A stretch of DNA of 64,000 nt, from contig JAWMAR010000061.1 of the NCBI GenBank assembly GCA_036785375.1, forward strand, positions 9,300,001 through 9,364,000. The letters run 5' to 3'. This DNA is from Leucoraja ocellata (lineage: Eukaryota). Shown here one piece after another: positions 13,500 through 25,958 of this stretch (within the stretch, counting starts at the first letter, position 1; the number at the start of each line of letters is the position of its first letter). Below the pieces are notes generated by a model. The model made no database searches. It saw nothing but the letters and a program-made list of their open reading frames with translations, and was not told where the DNA came from. The position numbers and the translations under genes were made by a program.

Positions 13500-14000
13500 T
13501 AGACACAAAATGCAAACGGCCTCGACCTGAAACATCACCCATTCCTTCTCTCAGGAGATGCTGCCTATCCCGCCGAGTTACTCCAGCATTTTGCGTCTAT
13601 CTGTTGGAGTAATTAATGGGGCCAGGCAGCATTTCTGGAGAGAAGGAATGGGTGACCTTTTGGGTTGAGACCTTTCTTCAGGCGGAGTCAGGCGAGAGGG
13701 AGACACAGAGATAATTAAATGTAATGAGTGAAAATAAGAACATCAAAAGAGATGTGAATCAAGGACAATGTAGAATAGATTATTGTTAACTAGTAGGCAT
13801 CAAAGCAGGCAGATATATAGATTTAAATGGGGACAGTCAGACTGGTCGGAGAACTGGGGAGGGATGGAGAGAGAGAGAAAGCAAGGGTTACTTTGTTAGA
13901 GAAGTCAACTGCTGGGGTGTAAGCTGCCCAAGCGAAATATGAGATTTCTCCAATTTGTGCTGGGCCTCACTCTAACAGTGGAGGAGGCCCAGGACAGAAT
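13500..14000 (-). mobile_element. Penelope-like fragment with inverted termini
   Basis: Same terminal motif family, plus the reverse complement of the endonuclease C-terminal region (GCTGCCCAAGCGAAATATGAG..CCTCACTCT..GGAGGAGGCCCAGGACAGA). Confidence 0.6.
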
Positions 14001-14280
14001 GGTCAGTGGAGGATGGAGTGGGAATGTGGAGAGGGGGAATGTGTTTAGAGTGGGTGTTGAGGGGGAGTTAGTATTTACCTAGTGTTTACAGGGGGGGGGC
14101 GTTAAGGCGGACTGAGGGGAACGGTCACCGGCAGGGCGACTATTTGGCTGGCACCTGGGTTGTGATTGTGGATTGGTGGAGGAGGCAGTGGCGGCGGCAG
14201 CTGCAGTGGCTGGTCACACTGGGCCGGGGAGGGGTGGCTCTGGGGGCAGCGTCCGGGCAGCCCGCGCTGTCCATCCGCTA

Positions 14281-14900
14281 GGGGGCGGCACTGGGCACTG
14301 GGTGGGGAGGGGTAGAGGGGGCGGGACTGGGGGGGTGGGGTAGAGGGGGCGGAACTGGGGGGAGGAGTAGAGGGGGCGGGACTGGGGGGAGGGGTAGAGG
14401 GGGCGGGACTGGGGGGAGGGGTAGAGGGGGCGGGACTGGGTGGGGGGGGTAGAGGGGGCGGGACTGGGTGGGGAGGGGTAGAGGGGGCGGCACTGGGCAC
14501 TGGGTGGGGGAGGGGTAGAGGGGGCGGGACTGGGGGGGTGGGGTAGAGGGGGCGGGACTGGGGGAGGGGCAGAGGGGGCGGCACTGGGCACTGGGTGGGG
14601 GAGGGGTAGAGGGGGCGGGACTGGGGGGAGGGGCAGAGGGGGCGGCACTGGGTGGGGGAGGGGGCGGGACTGGGGGGAGGAGTAGAGGGGGCGGCACTGG
14701 GTGGGGGAGGGGGCGGGACTGGGGGGAGGGGCAGAGGGGGCGGCACTGGGTGGGGGAGGGGGCGGGACTGGGGGGAGGGGCAGAGGGGGCGGGACTGGGT
14801 AGAGGGGGCGGGACTGGGGGGAGGGGCAGAGGGGGCGGGACTGGGGGGAGGGGCAGAGGGGGCGGGACTGGGTAGAGGGGGCGGGACTGGGGGGAGGGGC
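14281..14900 (+). repeat. G-rich VNTR of about 30-bp units carrying GC boxes, directly upstream of the FAN1 ATG
   Basis: Unit approximately GGGGGCGGGACTGGGGGGAGGGG(T/C)AGA; about 15 GGGGCGGGAC copies. Confidence 0.9.
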
Positions 14901-14937
14901 AGCGCTGTCGATGCCTTTGCTATAGGATCTTTGGTCG

Positions 14938-17900
14938 ATGCCGCCGCCGAAGCTGAAGCGGCCGCGGGTCGCGGTGACGTCACCCACCCGGGCCCCGTTG
15001 TCCCCACGTGACGCGGCGCCGGGTCCCGGCCGCGTGAACAAGTTGTCGCGGCGACACCGCGGGAAGAGGGAGCGCCCCCTGGGGGGGGGGGAGGAGGAGG
15101 GAGCGCCCCCTGGGGCCTCGGGCTCGGGTGATGCAGACGCCGCCTGCCCTCCCTACTACCTGGGGAACTTCCAGCGGGTCGTGGCCGCGGTGCTGCGGAG
15201 CCCGGACGCCGAGCTGTTGAACGAGGATGACGGCCGCTGGATCGGCGCGTTCGGGCGGCTCTCGGGTAAATGAGGCCAATGTTGCCCCCAGATCAGATGC
15301 TGCCCGGCCCTGTGACCCCTCACCCCCCCTCACACCCCCAACACCCCCCCCCCCTCACACCTACACCCACCCCCACCCCCCCAACACTGGCTGGTTCCCC
15401 AACACCCCCCCCCTCACCCCTCACCCCAAAATTGCACACAATACTCCAGGTGTAGTCTCACTAGGGCCCTGTACAACTGCAGTAGGACCTCCTTGCTCCT
15501 AAAACATCGACATTGTTTCATTAAAGGGTGGACACAGAATTGGTTTCCATTTATCAAATTGGACCAACAGCAGCTAATATTCTTCAACACAGATTATATG
15601 CTGCCCTGTCATAGGACACAGGATTATAAATTCAGTTTAAGTCCCCCGTATGTCTTTGATATCTAGAAATCTGATTTTTATTCTAAACCAAAGATGAAGA
15701 AATGTCTCCTCACTCAGACACAAATGGCCTACCAGTTATTTTCACATTATAATCCCTTATTCTACACACTTAGAAAACAATTTCCCTAAATATACCGTAA
15801 TAAAATGTGTACATTTCCAACGAGGTCACCTCTCATTTTTCTAAACTAGAATGCTAGCCTACACTCTGTCTAGTGCGGCAGCTCTGCATCAGTCTGCTGA
15901 ATCTTTGCTGCATTTTATGGCAATTATATCCTTATGTAAGGATCCAAAATTGAACCAAGTACTGAAGATGTGGTCTCACCAAGATCCTGTATAACTGTCC
16001 TAGAATATCATTGTACTAAATTCCTCGCACATTGAAGACTATTATGTTTGCCTTTCTTAACAGCTTGTTACATCACAGTGACTTGTGTTAGATAACCAGA
16101 CCACTTAAACGTAAACATATACAGGAGACACAAGGAACTGCAGGTGCTGGAATTTTAAGCAAATGTGCTGGAGGAACTCAATGGGTCAGGCAACATCTGT
16201 GGAGAGAATGGTCAAGCGATGTTTTGAATTAGAATCATAGAATCCTACGGTGTGGAAGCAAGTCCTTTGGCCCAACTTGCCCAAGCCGACCAACAGACCC
16301 CCATCTACACAAATCCCACCTGTCCGTGTTTGGCCCATAACCCACTAAACCTATCCCATGCATGTACTATGTCTTTTAAATGGTATGATAGTACCTGCCT
16401 CAACAACCTCTTTCGGCAGTTCGTTCCATAGACCCACCACCCGATATGTAATAACAGTTACCCCTCAGGTTCCATTACATTTTTTCCCCCTCACCTTAAC
16501 CCTATGTCCTCTGGTTCCTTTGCCCTAATCTGTGCAAAAAGACTTCTCAAACAAATCCAAATTGATTTCCTATTTATAAATCCACAGTGAATAGAGCATA
16601 AATTGGCTGTATAATTATTTTTGAAGTGTTCAAATCTCCTTTATTGTGGCTTTGATCATTATTCTCTCCCACTGAGACCAAGCTCACAGTTCACTGGTTC
16701 CTCCCTCCACTGTCAAGTTTCCTACCCTCCAGTCTACAGCAATCATTCGCAGTGTATGGGATCGTGGGAGATTTTAACCACAGCATCCCCTCTCTGCAGC
16801 CACTGCTTCTATATATAAGGTTGTGTACAGATTGTCAGAACCGGCGGAGTTATAAGTTTTCAGCTTCATTCATTTTATCTTAATTATTACGTAATCATTT
16901 TATTTCCTCGTTTGAATGGACTCTCTGGTTCTTGGATATATCTGCGAGTTTTTGCTGTGTCAGTGTTGTATTTGTTCAGTTCCTCCAGGAACTGTACATC
17001 CAGGACTCCTTGACTGGTCTGAGTCTAGTCCACCACACTGTGTGCTCTCTTGTGTCCTCAGCTGCTGCTCAGAAACTCTACGTCAGGCTTTTCCAACGGA
17101 AGCTGAATTGGCTGAAGGTGAAAAAACTGGATTATGCTGAGGTGTGCCTGGATCTGATGCCAGTCATCGATGAGCTGGCCCTGGCTGGCCTGGTTCAGAC
17201 AGGTATGGACCCCTTGAGTACAGTACTGCTGGAGGTAACGGAATGGTCGACATTTCAGGTTGAAACCCTGCATCAGGACAGAGTGAAGAAGGGGAATCGG
17301 TGGTATAAAGAGGAGAGGGTGAGACGGGTGGACAGAGGGGGGGTAAAGGGGGCCTGTGACCATAATGACCACCCCAGCTCCTGGTTACAGATCCCTGTCC
17401 CTACAATTACCTCAGCCTTCTCCACGACCAGTGAAGCCCAATGCTATCTAGACAAACATCTGATATTCTGCCTGGGTTGTGTGTATGAACATTACATTTA
17501 CCCTCCCCCACTCCTCCACCATCCCTGCAGCCCTTTCACTCCTCCATTGCCAACCCCCTCTTGTCCCATTTTCATTGCCCCCCCCCCCTCCTGGTTCCAT
17601 CCACACACACATTTCTCCCACAGCCCCCATTTGGTTCAGCTTCCACCCCATTCCCTAGTGGTTCCATTATCACCTTTCTTAGATGCCCACACTGGCAGCA
17701 TTGTTCCCACTTACTGTCCCAGCAGGGTTCACCTCCCCATCACCGTGCTCTATCCACAGGTCACCTCCTGCTTCTGTTATACCACTCCCTCTCCTTTATG
17801 CCGAGGTACAGTGAAAGGCTTTTGTTATCTATGACTCCACTCAATGCAGTGCCCTGGCCTCTGGCAGCATCTTCTCTGTCACTATCACCTTTAAAAATAA

Positions 17901-20900
17901 TTTGGCGAATTTGTAACTAAGTATTTGCTCCACAGCCCATCCCTCTAAAGGGCTCGGGGCTTGTTCTCGGGGCTCCGGGTTACGGCCCTGACTGTGGTCA
18001 GCCTGGGGCCGCTTGACCTCGCTGTCTCTGACTGTGTCCTTTCCCCCCCCCCCCAGAGGCTGAACTACACGATGTTTCCAACGGCCTGGCCCTGCTGACG
18101 GCTTCTGAACTCAAACTGCTGACCAGACACTTCCATTTGCGTGCCCAGGGTCAGAGGTTGGAGATGATTGGGTCATTGCTGAGCTTGGCCAAGCAGCAGT
18201 CGATCTTCAGCGTGAATCGTAGTCCTGGGTCTGCCATTCTGACCAGGTGCTACCACGCACACAGGCACTGAGTACTGGGGGGAGGGGAGCTGATGCCGGG
18301 AACAAGAGCACCCGGAGGAAACCCACGGAAGTCACAGGGGAATGTGCAAACTCCACACAGACAGCACCTGAGATCAGGTTGGAACCTGGGTCTCTGGCGC
18401 TGTGAAGCAGCAGCTCTACCCGCTGCGCCGCAGTGCCGCCTGTTGTGTTAGGCTGGGGGTGTGTGTGTTGTGTGTGAGGTACTAGGGTCAGTGTTGCTGG
18501 GGTCAGTGTGTTACTGGGGGTCAGTGTGTTACTGGGGGTCAGTGTTGCTGGGGTCAGTGTGTTACTGGGGGTCAGTGTGTTACTGGGGGTCAGTGTTGCT
18601 GGGGGTCAGTGTGTTACTGGGGGTCAGTGTTGCTGGGGTCAGTGTGTTACTGGGGGTCAGTGTTGCTGGGGGTCAGTGTTGCTGGGGTCAGTGTTACTGA
18701 GGTCAATGTTACTGGGGTCAGTGTTGCTGGGGGTCAGTGTGTTGCTGGGGTCAGTGTTTCTGGGGGTCAGTGTTGCTGGGGTCAGTGTTGCTGGGGTCAG
18801 TGTGTTACTGGGGGTCAGTGTTGCTGGGGTCAGTGTGTTGCTGGGGTCAGTGTGTTACTGGGGGTCAGTGTTGCTGGGGTCGGCGTTGCTGTGAGCGTTG
18901 CTGTCTGCATTGTGTCGGCACTGGTGCCCATGGTACTTCAGGGGTGGAAGCTGCAGCATTTGTTGTTCACCAGCAGCCTGTGGGGTGGTTGCTGGTTCTG
19001 CCGTCTGCTATCCAGTCAGGGATAAACTGGCGGTGCTCCCTGACCAGTTCTTGTGGTTTACTTGGTGTTGTCCCGGCACAGACGGGCAGTGCTGGCCTGG
19101 CATCAGTCACTGCACCGTAACCTGGCTCTTCAGCTGGTTGGTGGCCTGGGCTCGTGGGCAAGGTAGGGGCTGGCACAGGATGCAGAGAGGGCTGTATGGA
19201 GAGTAGAGGGAGGGGCTGGGGGTGGTGGCATTGTGGTCATTGTGTTTTCTGGGCCTTGTGTTGTCAGGATGAAGGAGATGGTTGGGCCCTGTGTACGCAT
19301 ATCCATAGCTGCCCGCGCCGTCTTCTCACGAGTGCTGTTGCTCTACTCCCTGACGGAGCCGATGGACGAGGAGGATGCGGCCTGCGCCGGTCAGAACCAG
19401 TTGTCTACACTACTGATGGTCAACATGGGCCGGCTCACCTTCCCACATTACACCATCCACAGGGAGGCCAAGATCTTCCAGAACAGAGAGGACTTGCTCA
19501 GGTAAAGGAACACCTGCACCCAGTGTGGGAACATCCAGTGTGGAAACATCCCGTGTGGGAACACCCAGTGTGGGAACACCCAGTGTGGGAACACCCTGTG
19601 TGGGAACACCCAGTGTGGGAACACCCAGTGTGGGAACACCCCGTGTGGGAACACCTGCATCCAGTGTGGGAACATCCAGTGTGGGAACACCCAGTGTGGG
19701 AACATCCAGTGTGGGAACACCCTGTGTGGGAACACCCAGTGTGGGAACACCCAGTGTGGGAACACCCAGTGTGGGAACACCTGCATCCAGTGTGGGAACA
19801 TCCAGTGTGAGGCCACTTACATCCAGTCACGAGTTCACAGAAGAACTCCAGGTGGTCCGGTTCAGGAACTCTGCCTGTGCAGGCACTGATCCAGGGATCA
19901 TCATGATTTAGGGCATTTAGCTGATATGTAACTGAATATATGGACTGATTATTAGATCTATTGTTGGTGGAGCCTCTAGCAATCGTTATATTACTTGCTT
20001 AATTCTCACTTCTGAAGTGTGAGCTGTGTATTTTGTTAAATCTCTTCCTAAACATATCCAAATCTTTCACTGGTAGTAAATTCATTGGGGCAGGTGCAAG
20101 AGAGGGGACTGGTATAAAGAACGGCAATGTTGGGGTGTACATTCACAGATCATGAGCATCACAGTGGCAAAAGTTTATTATGCAAGACATGAAGTACAAA
20201 ACTGGAGAATTCTGGTGTTCACTGCAAAGATTTACAATGGTTTGACAGATTAGAGAATTGTAGTGATGTTGGAGATGATAAACACAGAAGCTCAGGTGGC
20301 GTTACAGTTAGTTATCACTGAGACGTGTGAGCACCGGCCCCTGATGTTTCAACAGCATTGCTGTCAGGGGCAGGGGGCAGATTAGTTACAGCTGTTAAAT
20401 GAGGGCCTGAATGGCCTGTTTCTATGATTGAGAGGGATGTGGTGACTGGCTGCGTGGTGTTGCAGGTATGAAGCAGCCTGTCACACGCTGGCTGAGCTGG
20501 GAGCAGCAATGGCCGCCAAGGATTGGGAAGTTGCTCTGCAGATTTATCAAAGGGCCAAGGAGACGTGGAGTCACCTGGACAACAGCAGTAACCTCTGGTA
20601 AGGACGGCTCCACATTCACGCCCTATATCCCTGTAGCTAGCCTAAGCTCTCCAGCCTCCCCTGCCCAGCAACTACCTACAGGCTCTGTGGAAGCACCTTG
20701 CAAAGCCACTAATGTGGCCACAGGCATTCGAGGGAAGGGAAACATTAGTTTGTTATGGTGGGGGTTTGAGAAACAGTTCCAACTAACACACCTCACTTTC
20801 ATACATTGATTAATTGTTGAAACTTGACTAAATCAAAGCTCTCAGTCTTGAAGAGAGAGTAAAGGGATTGGATAGGTGACCAACTTCCTGTTAAACGTTT

Positions 20901-23900
20901 CAGGGAAACTATGCCTTTGCATGGGCCGACTGGGGTGGGGACACGTGGGCTGAAGGGGGAGGGGGGGGATAAGGGTGGGGACACGTGGGCTGAAGGGGGA
21001 GGGGAGGGGAGGGGGGGGGGATAAGGGTGGGGACACGTGGGCGGGAGGGGGAGGGGAGGGGAGACAAGGGTGGGGACACGTGGGCGGGAGGGGCTAAGGG
21101 TGGAGAGTGGTAGGTTTGACCCTGCGTTCTGGGACGTGCTCAAACTACCGAGAGGTGACTCTCCCCGCCGTGACGGCTGAACCGTGCGGTGATTGCAGGT
21201 TGTGGCGGCAGCTGCCGGTTTACCTGCGATGCTTCACCGCCGGCTGGGTCTACACCATTGTCCGCTGCAGAGGGGTGGAGGTTCTACAGCGGCTGCACAT
21301 GTACACGGTGAGGATGGTGCTGGGGGGGGGGGGATGGGGGCAGGACTGGGGTCAAGGTTGCCTTTGTTGGTTTACGGAGAACTCGCTGCCAGCGGGCGGT
21401 GGCACCATGCTTGATGCTTCTGGAAAGGCAGAGGGTACAGAGCTTGTGGGGGCTGCTGGGATTAGTGTAGATGGGCAAGGTGATTAGCATAGCTGGGGGG
21501 TGGGGCGGGAATGGAAGTGGGGGGGAGAGGGAAGGAGGGGCTGTATTGTGCTGAGCTCAGTGCCGCTGTCCAATGCCCTTGTTGTTGCCAGGAGGCGGTG
21601 GTGGAGTTGAGGAACCTCCTGGACCAGAGCGACTTCTGCCCAGAGAACCGTGGCCACTGGTGGGACCGGCTGTCACTCAACCTGCAGCAACATCTGAGAC
21701 AGCCGGAGCAGGTAACTGCGGCAACCCCGGTAACCTCATAACCTCTAACCCCAGTAACGGTGCCGTGTTTACATGTTGTGCCGACGGACCACATGTTGTG
21801 GCCACACCTACACTAACCCACACCGCCCGGCTGGGTCCAGCTTCACCGGGAAGGCGGTGATTCACACACAGCTTGTCTCTATCATTGTTCTGCTGCCATT
21901 GACCCAGCGCTTGTGACTTTGCTGCAGGCAGTGGCGTGCATAAGGACAGCGCTGGCTGATATACGGGTGCGTGCGGGACACCGACTGGCACTGCAGCAAC
22001 GGGCACAACGCATGCACGACTCCCCGAGCTGCAGGCAGTGGCACCACCTCCTCCAGGAGCTGCCCGTCATACACGTGGAAGATGTGCCACATGTGAGTAG
22101 TGAGGGGCACGACCAAGTGGCCCCTGGGCAAGACTGTGGCCCCTGGGGCAAGAGAGAGGGTGGGCCTGCTTGCCATCATTGATCCAGGTGACGAGTATCG
22201 GTCTGGAAGTCATGTTGCTGCTCTACTCTATAAGACCTTGGTGAGGCCACATTTGGAGCATTGGCACTAGAGGATGGCAACTCTGCCTGCTGGTCCCAGA
22301 TGAGGAGATCATGAGCATCAAACATTACAATCGCTCCACTCTTAAATCATTATTTTTCTGCACACTGTCATTGTAATCATGTACAGGTTTTTCTTTCACT
22401 GGACAGCAAGCAACAAAAGGTTTTCACTACCTCAGGTGACAATAAACTAAACTATTGTGCAGTTCTGGTTGCCTGATTACAGGAAGGATGTGGAGGCTTT
22501 GAACAGAAGACGCTGTATGTTTTCATCACTATTTTGTCTCCAAATCTCAAGCCGTGACAGGCCGGCCTGGCTGAGAATTTCTGCCATTTATTGTTATTGG
22601 TCAGTGTTCGGTCCACAGCCCAATTGACCTGCGTGTGGTAGTGGTCAGTGGGGTCAGTCCGTCACTCATTCAGATACGTCATTAGGCAACATGAGTGGAC
22701 ATCATGTTACAAGGTGTTGGTGAGACCACACCTGCTGTAATGTGTGCAGTTCCGGTCGGCATTGCTACAGGAAGGAGGTGATTGAACCAGAGAGGGGGAA
22801 GAGAAGATTCACAAGAGGATAGCTGAGATGTAAAGAGTGTCTGGAGAGGCTGGGATAGTTTTCCTCGAAGCAAAGGTGACCTTATTCAGGTTAATAACAT
22901 GAGAGTCAGAGATACTCAGTCTTTTCCCCAGGGTAGGGAAGTCTAAAACTAGAGGGCATAAGTTTAAGGTGAGAGGGGAAAGATTTAAAGGCATCTAAGG
23001 GGCAACTTATTTCACAAGAGGGTGGTGGGTAAATGGAACGAGTGCCAGAGGAAGTGGTAGAGGCAGATATGTGTTCACAGATGTTTGGACAGGTACATGG
23101 ATAGGGCAGGTTCAGAAGGACACAGACAGGTGGGACGCTCTGTTGCTTTGCTGTATAACTCCATCCCTCAGTGCTCTCCTCTCTTAATCAGGTGCGACTA
23201 CCTGGTTCAGGAGGAAACACACTGTTCAGGTGCCTAGACTTGGCCTCTGGCTTGCTCCAGATTGTACTCTCCCTCCCTGTGTTGCACTGACAGCAGTCGC
23301 CACTGGCCATTTGGCAGATATTCTGAGGCCTTTCTGAATTTCACCTTTGTTCTTTGCAGGTGACGATAAAGGGCAGACCGTGCCCGGGAATGGGCTCTGC
23401 CCGGTTCCTGCTGGAGGAGGAGCCTGGCTCTGCAGTGATCTGTTCGGTGGAGGTGCTGTGTCTGGCTCACTACCGCCAGCTGGACTTTGATCAAGGTAAT
23501 GGCCGCAACAATGCTGCTAGTATAGTTGGGGAGATGTCAGCAGTCTGCAGTAATCTGTCACTCTCTCTACACAGGGATACATGGGGAAGGGGCCACGTTC
23601 CTAACACTATTCGGACTTCTCTTTTGGGAGATCATCTTCCTGCCGGGAATACCAGATGTTTTCCGGAATCCATTTCAGGTACGGGCTGTCGTTCTGAGTG
23701 ACACCATGGTGTGTAACAGACACTCGGTTAGCAGGACCTGTGCTGTGGTCCAATGCAAACTAAAGTAGATACAAAATTTTCTTCAGGATTCAGTATTTAT
23801 ATAACTTTTGAAAGCAAATTGGGTAATTATTTAAAATTCCAGGTTTAGGGAACAGGCTGCACCAAACTCTCGAAGTGTTAGAGTAAATCAGCGGGTCAGG

Positions 23901-25958
23901 CAATATCTCGAGAACATGGATTGGTGATGTTTCAGGTTGGGACCCTTCTTGAGACATGTTCTCCAGAGATGCTGCCTGATCTGCTGAGTTACTACAGCAC
24001 TCTGTATCTGTGTAAACCAGCATCTGCAGTCCCTTGTTTCTCTCATTATTCAGCAGCCAGAGTAACAGGAAACTGGGTCTTGGCTCCTCAACTTCCCTGC
24101 TGTGTGCAGAGATTTAGCCAACGGTTCTACAGCAGGGCCGGGTACAGCTGAGCTTGTCTAGTTGACTTGTATCTGTGTTTGTGCCCCAGACCTGTCCTTT
24201 GGATCTGTACACAGACTGTTTCTACCGGAACCGGACAGAGCCCATTGAATCGAGGCTCCGGCTCCTGCAAGAAGCTTCCACAGACACTCTCCACGCTCTC
24301 ATGGCTGACGTGTGGAACACTCACAAAGACACAGCGACTGCTTTGGTGAACTGGGAGATCTTCCGTTCCATTCAGCAGGCCCAGGTAGATGGCTTCTAAT
24401 CCAATCCAGAACCACACACACTGTTTACATCAACACTCACTTCCTTGTCTTATTGTTCTAGAGCCAGAATCGTAGTGTAGGTTGTACAGTAGATTCCTCT
24501 CACACGTACTGTATCGATTATAGTCACATCAGCTGGGAAACGGGGTCTTTGGAGAATCTGACGACTATTTATTGGAGGAAATCATGTGTAATAACAAATT
24601 CTTATTGAGACATTAGAGAAGATGCCGTTAACAAAATGGATTGCTAATGGAAAGACTAGTGGGAGCATGGATTGGAAGTTGGTTTAAGGGGAGAGAGCAG
24701 TGAGTGACAGTGCCCTGGCCCAGACCGTGGTGATGTCCAGCCAGTGCCAAAGGATCAGCAATGGTTACCCTGGTTACCCTTACATAGAAAATAGGTGCAG
24801 GAGTAGGCCATTCGACCTTCGAGCCTGCACCGCATTCAATATGATCACGGGAGTTCAAGATAAAGTTTACAAATCTGATTAATACAAGCTTGAACATGTG
24901 GCAGTGAGGAAGCGATAGACAGAAAGAGTGACGCGCAGTGGTAGAGTGGTGAAGTTTGCAGGACTGGGGTCGTGGGTGAAGTAGAGAGGAGTCTGCTGTT
25001 CCCAAACAGACATGGAACACAAAGTGGGTGACAGCTCAATCTCCACGTCTTGTCACGTACCCGTAGGATATGAAGATGGGTGAAGATTTCCCAGTAATGG
25101 TTCAGGGGATTTCAGCTCTAAGGTGAGACGGGAGGAATGGGTTGTTCTCCAAACAGGTCAAAGATGGTGAGTGGAGGAACCTGTTCTTATTGCAGACTGA
25201 ACAATGAAGCTACAGTTCCAACATTGCTCACTGGATGGCAGTGTGGAGTGGATGGACCAGTCTGATTACAGGTCAGACTGACAGAGATGGGGAACTCAAA
25301 ACACTCCAAAGCCTGTCTTTGTGAATGTCGGTGGCAAAGCCAGCAAGGACGTGATGGTGCCCGACTGTGGCAAGTAGTGATTGCTGCAGGGAGCTGCGTT
25401 TGACTACATTGTCCATTGGTGAGGGTTAGCTTGCACCCTGTCCTGATGTAGGGACAGATTGTGGGCTCACTCCATTTATTCGTTCTGTGACTGTTTGTGG
25501 GATGTTTCAGAGCCTGGTGAGCTGCCTGGGTGGTCTGTTCCTGAGTGGCGTGTGTAGGATCCTGGCGGAGGACCCAAGGCAGGGCCGTGGAGGCCTACCC
25601 GACCTAGTGGTGTGGAGCAGTGAGAGGCTGCAGTACAAGGTGAGGGGGGGGGGGGGGGGGGGGGGATGAGTGGGGAGAGGAAAGAGGGAGAGAGGGGTGA
25701 GGAGGGGAATCTCCAGTTTACAGCACTTCAGTAAGGCATTGTGAAATGAATGGCAGTCTGGAGTGACTTCCTGCCTCTAAAATGCTTCTAACCCAAATGT
25801 TTATTTTCTCTTGTCTCCCAGTTGGTGGAAGTGAAAGGCCCGAGTGACCAGTTGTCGCACAAGCAGAGGGTCTGGCTGCATCGGCTGCAGAAACTGGGGG
25901 CGCCGTCGAGGTTTGCCATGTGAGTGTGGTGGGAGCACGCAGCCTGCAGCTCAGTTGA
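14938..25958 (+). CDS. FAN1: Fanconi-associated nuclease 1 (SAP, TPR and VRR-nuc domains), 13 coding exons; short N-terminus; apparent 1-nt frameshift in last exon
   Basis: Exons join(14938-15265,17062-17202,18057-18246,19268-19501,20466-20597,21199-21307,21592-21711,21928-22092,23360-23495,23575-23678,24190-24384,25511-25639,25822-25958). GT-AG and phase-consistent. Motifs: [68 protein letters not shown], catalytic GGLPDLVVW and [15 protein letters not shown]. Confidence 0.95.
17220..17560. mobile_element. Penelope-like fragments in FAN1 intron
   Basis: Terminal motif on the minus strand (GTCCTGATGCAGGGTTTCAACCTGAAATGTCGAC) and a degenerate EQHLIFCLG-like coding remnant on the plus strand. 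Confidence 0.5.
18305..18440 (-). mobile_element. V-SINE fragment
   Basis: Reverse complement has the tRNA-like head GGTAGAGCTGCTGCTTCACAGCGCCAGAGACCCAGGTTCC and the V-domain start. Confidence 0.7.
18484..18882. repeat. 16-19-bp minisatellite GGGGTCAGTGT(GT)T(A/G)CTG
   Basis: More than 20 tandem copies; source of the spurious GSVLL/GQCC ORFs. Confidence 0.92.
19508..19808. repeat. 15-bp minisatellite GGGAACACCCAGTGT starting just after a FAN1 donor
   Basis: About 19 copies; source of the spurious HPVWE ORFs. Confidence 0.92.
20930..21090. repeat. G-rich repeat with GGGTGGGGACACGTGGGC x4
   Basis: Four copies, each containing CACGTG. Confidence 0.8.
22180..23115 (+). mobile_element. Interrupted CR1 LINE 3' fragments
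   Basis: [10 protein letters not shown]-like remnant and [10 protein letters not shown]-like remnant (AAAACTAGAGGGCATAAGTTTAAGGTGAGAGGGG). Confidence 0.6.

Noticed and set aside
14102-15041. Proline-rich, extensin-like ORFs on the minus strand
   Set aside because: Products of the G-rich VNTR and the antisense of FAN1 exon 1.
16932-17834. 300-aa ORF as a single gene
   Set aside because: Only 17062-17202 is a FAN1 exon; the rest is intronic Penelope-like and low-complexity sequence.
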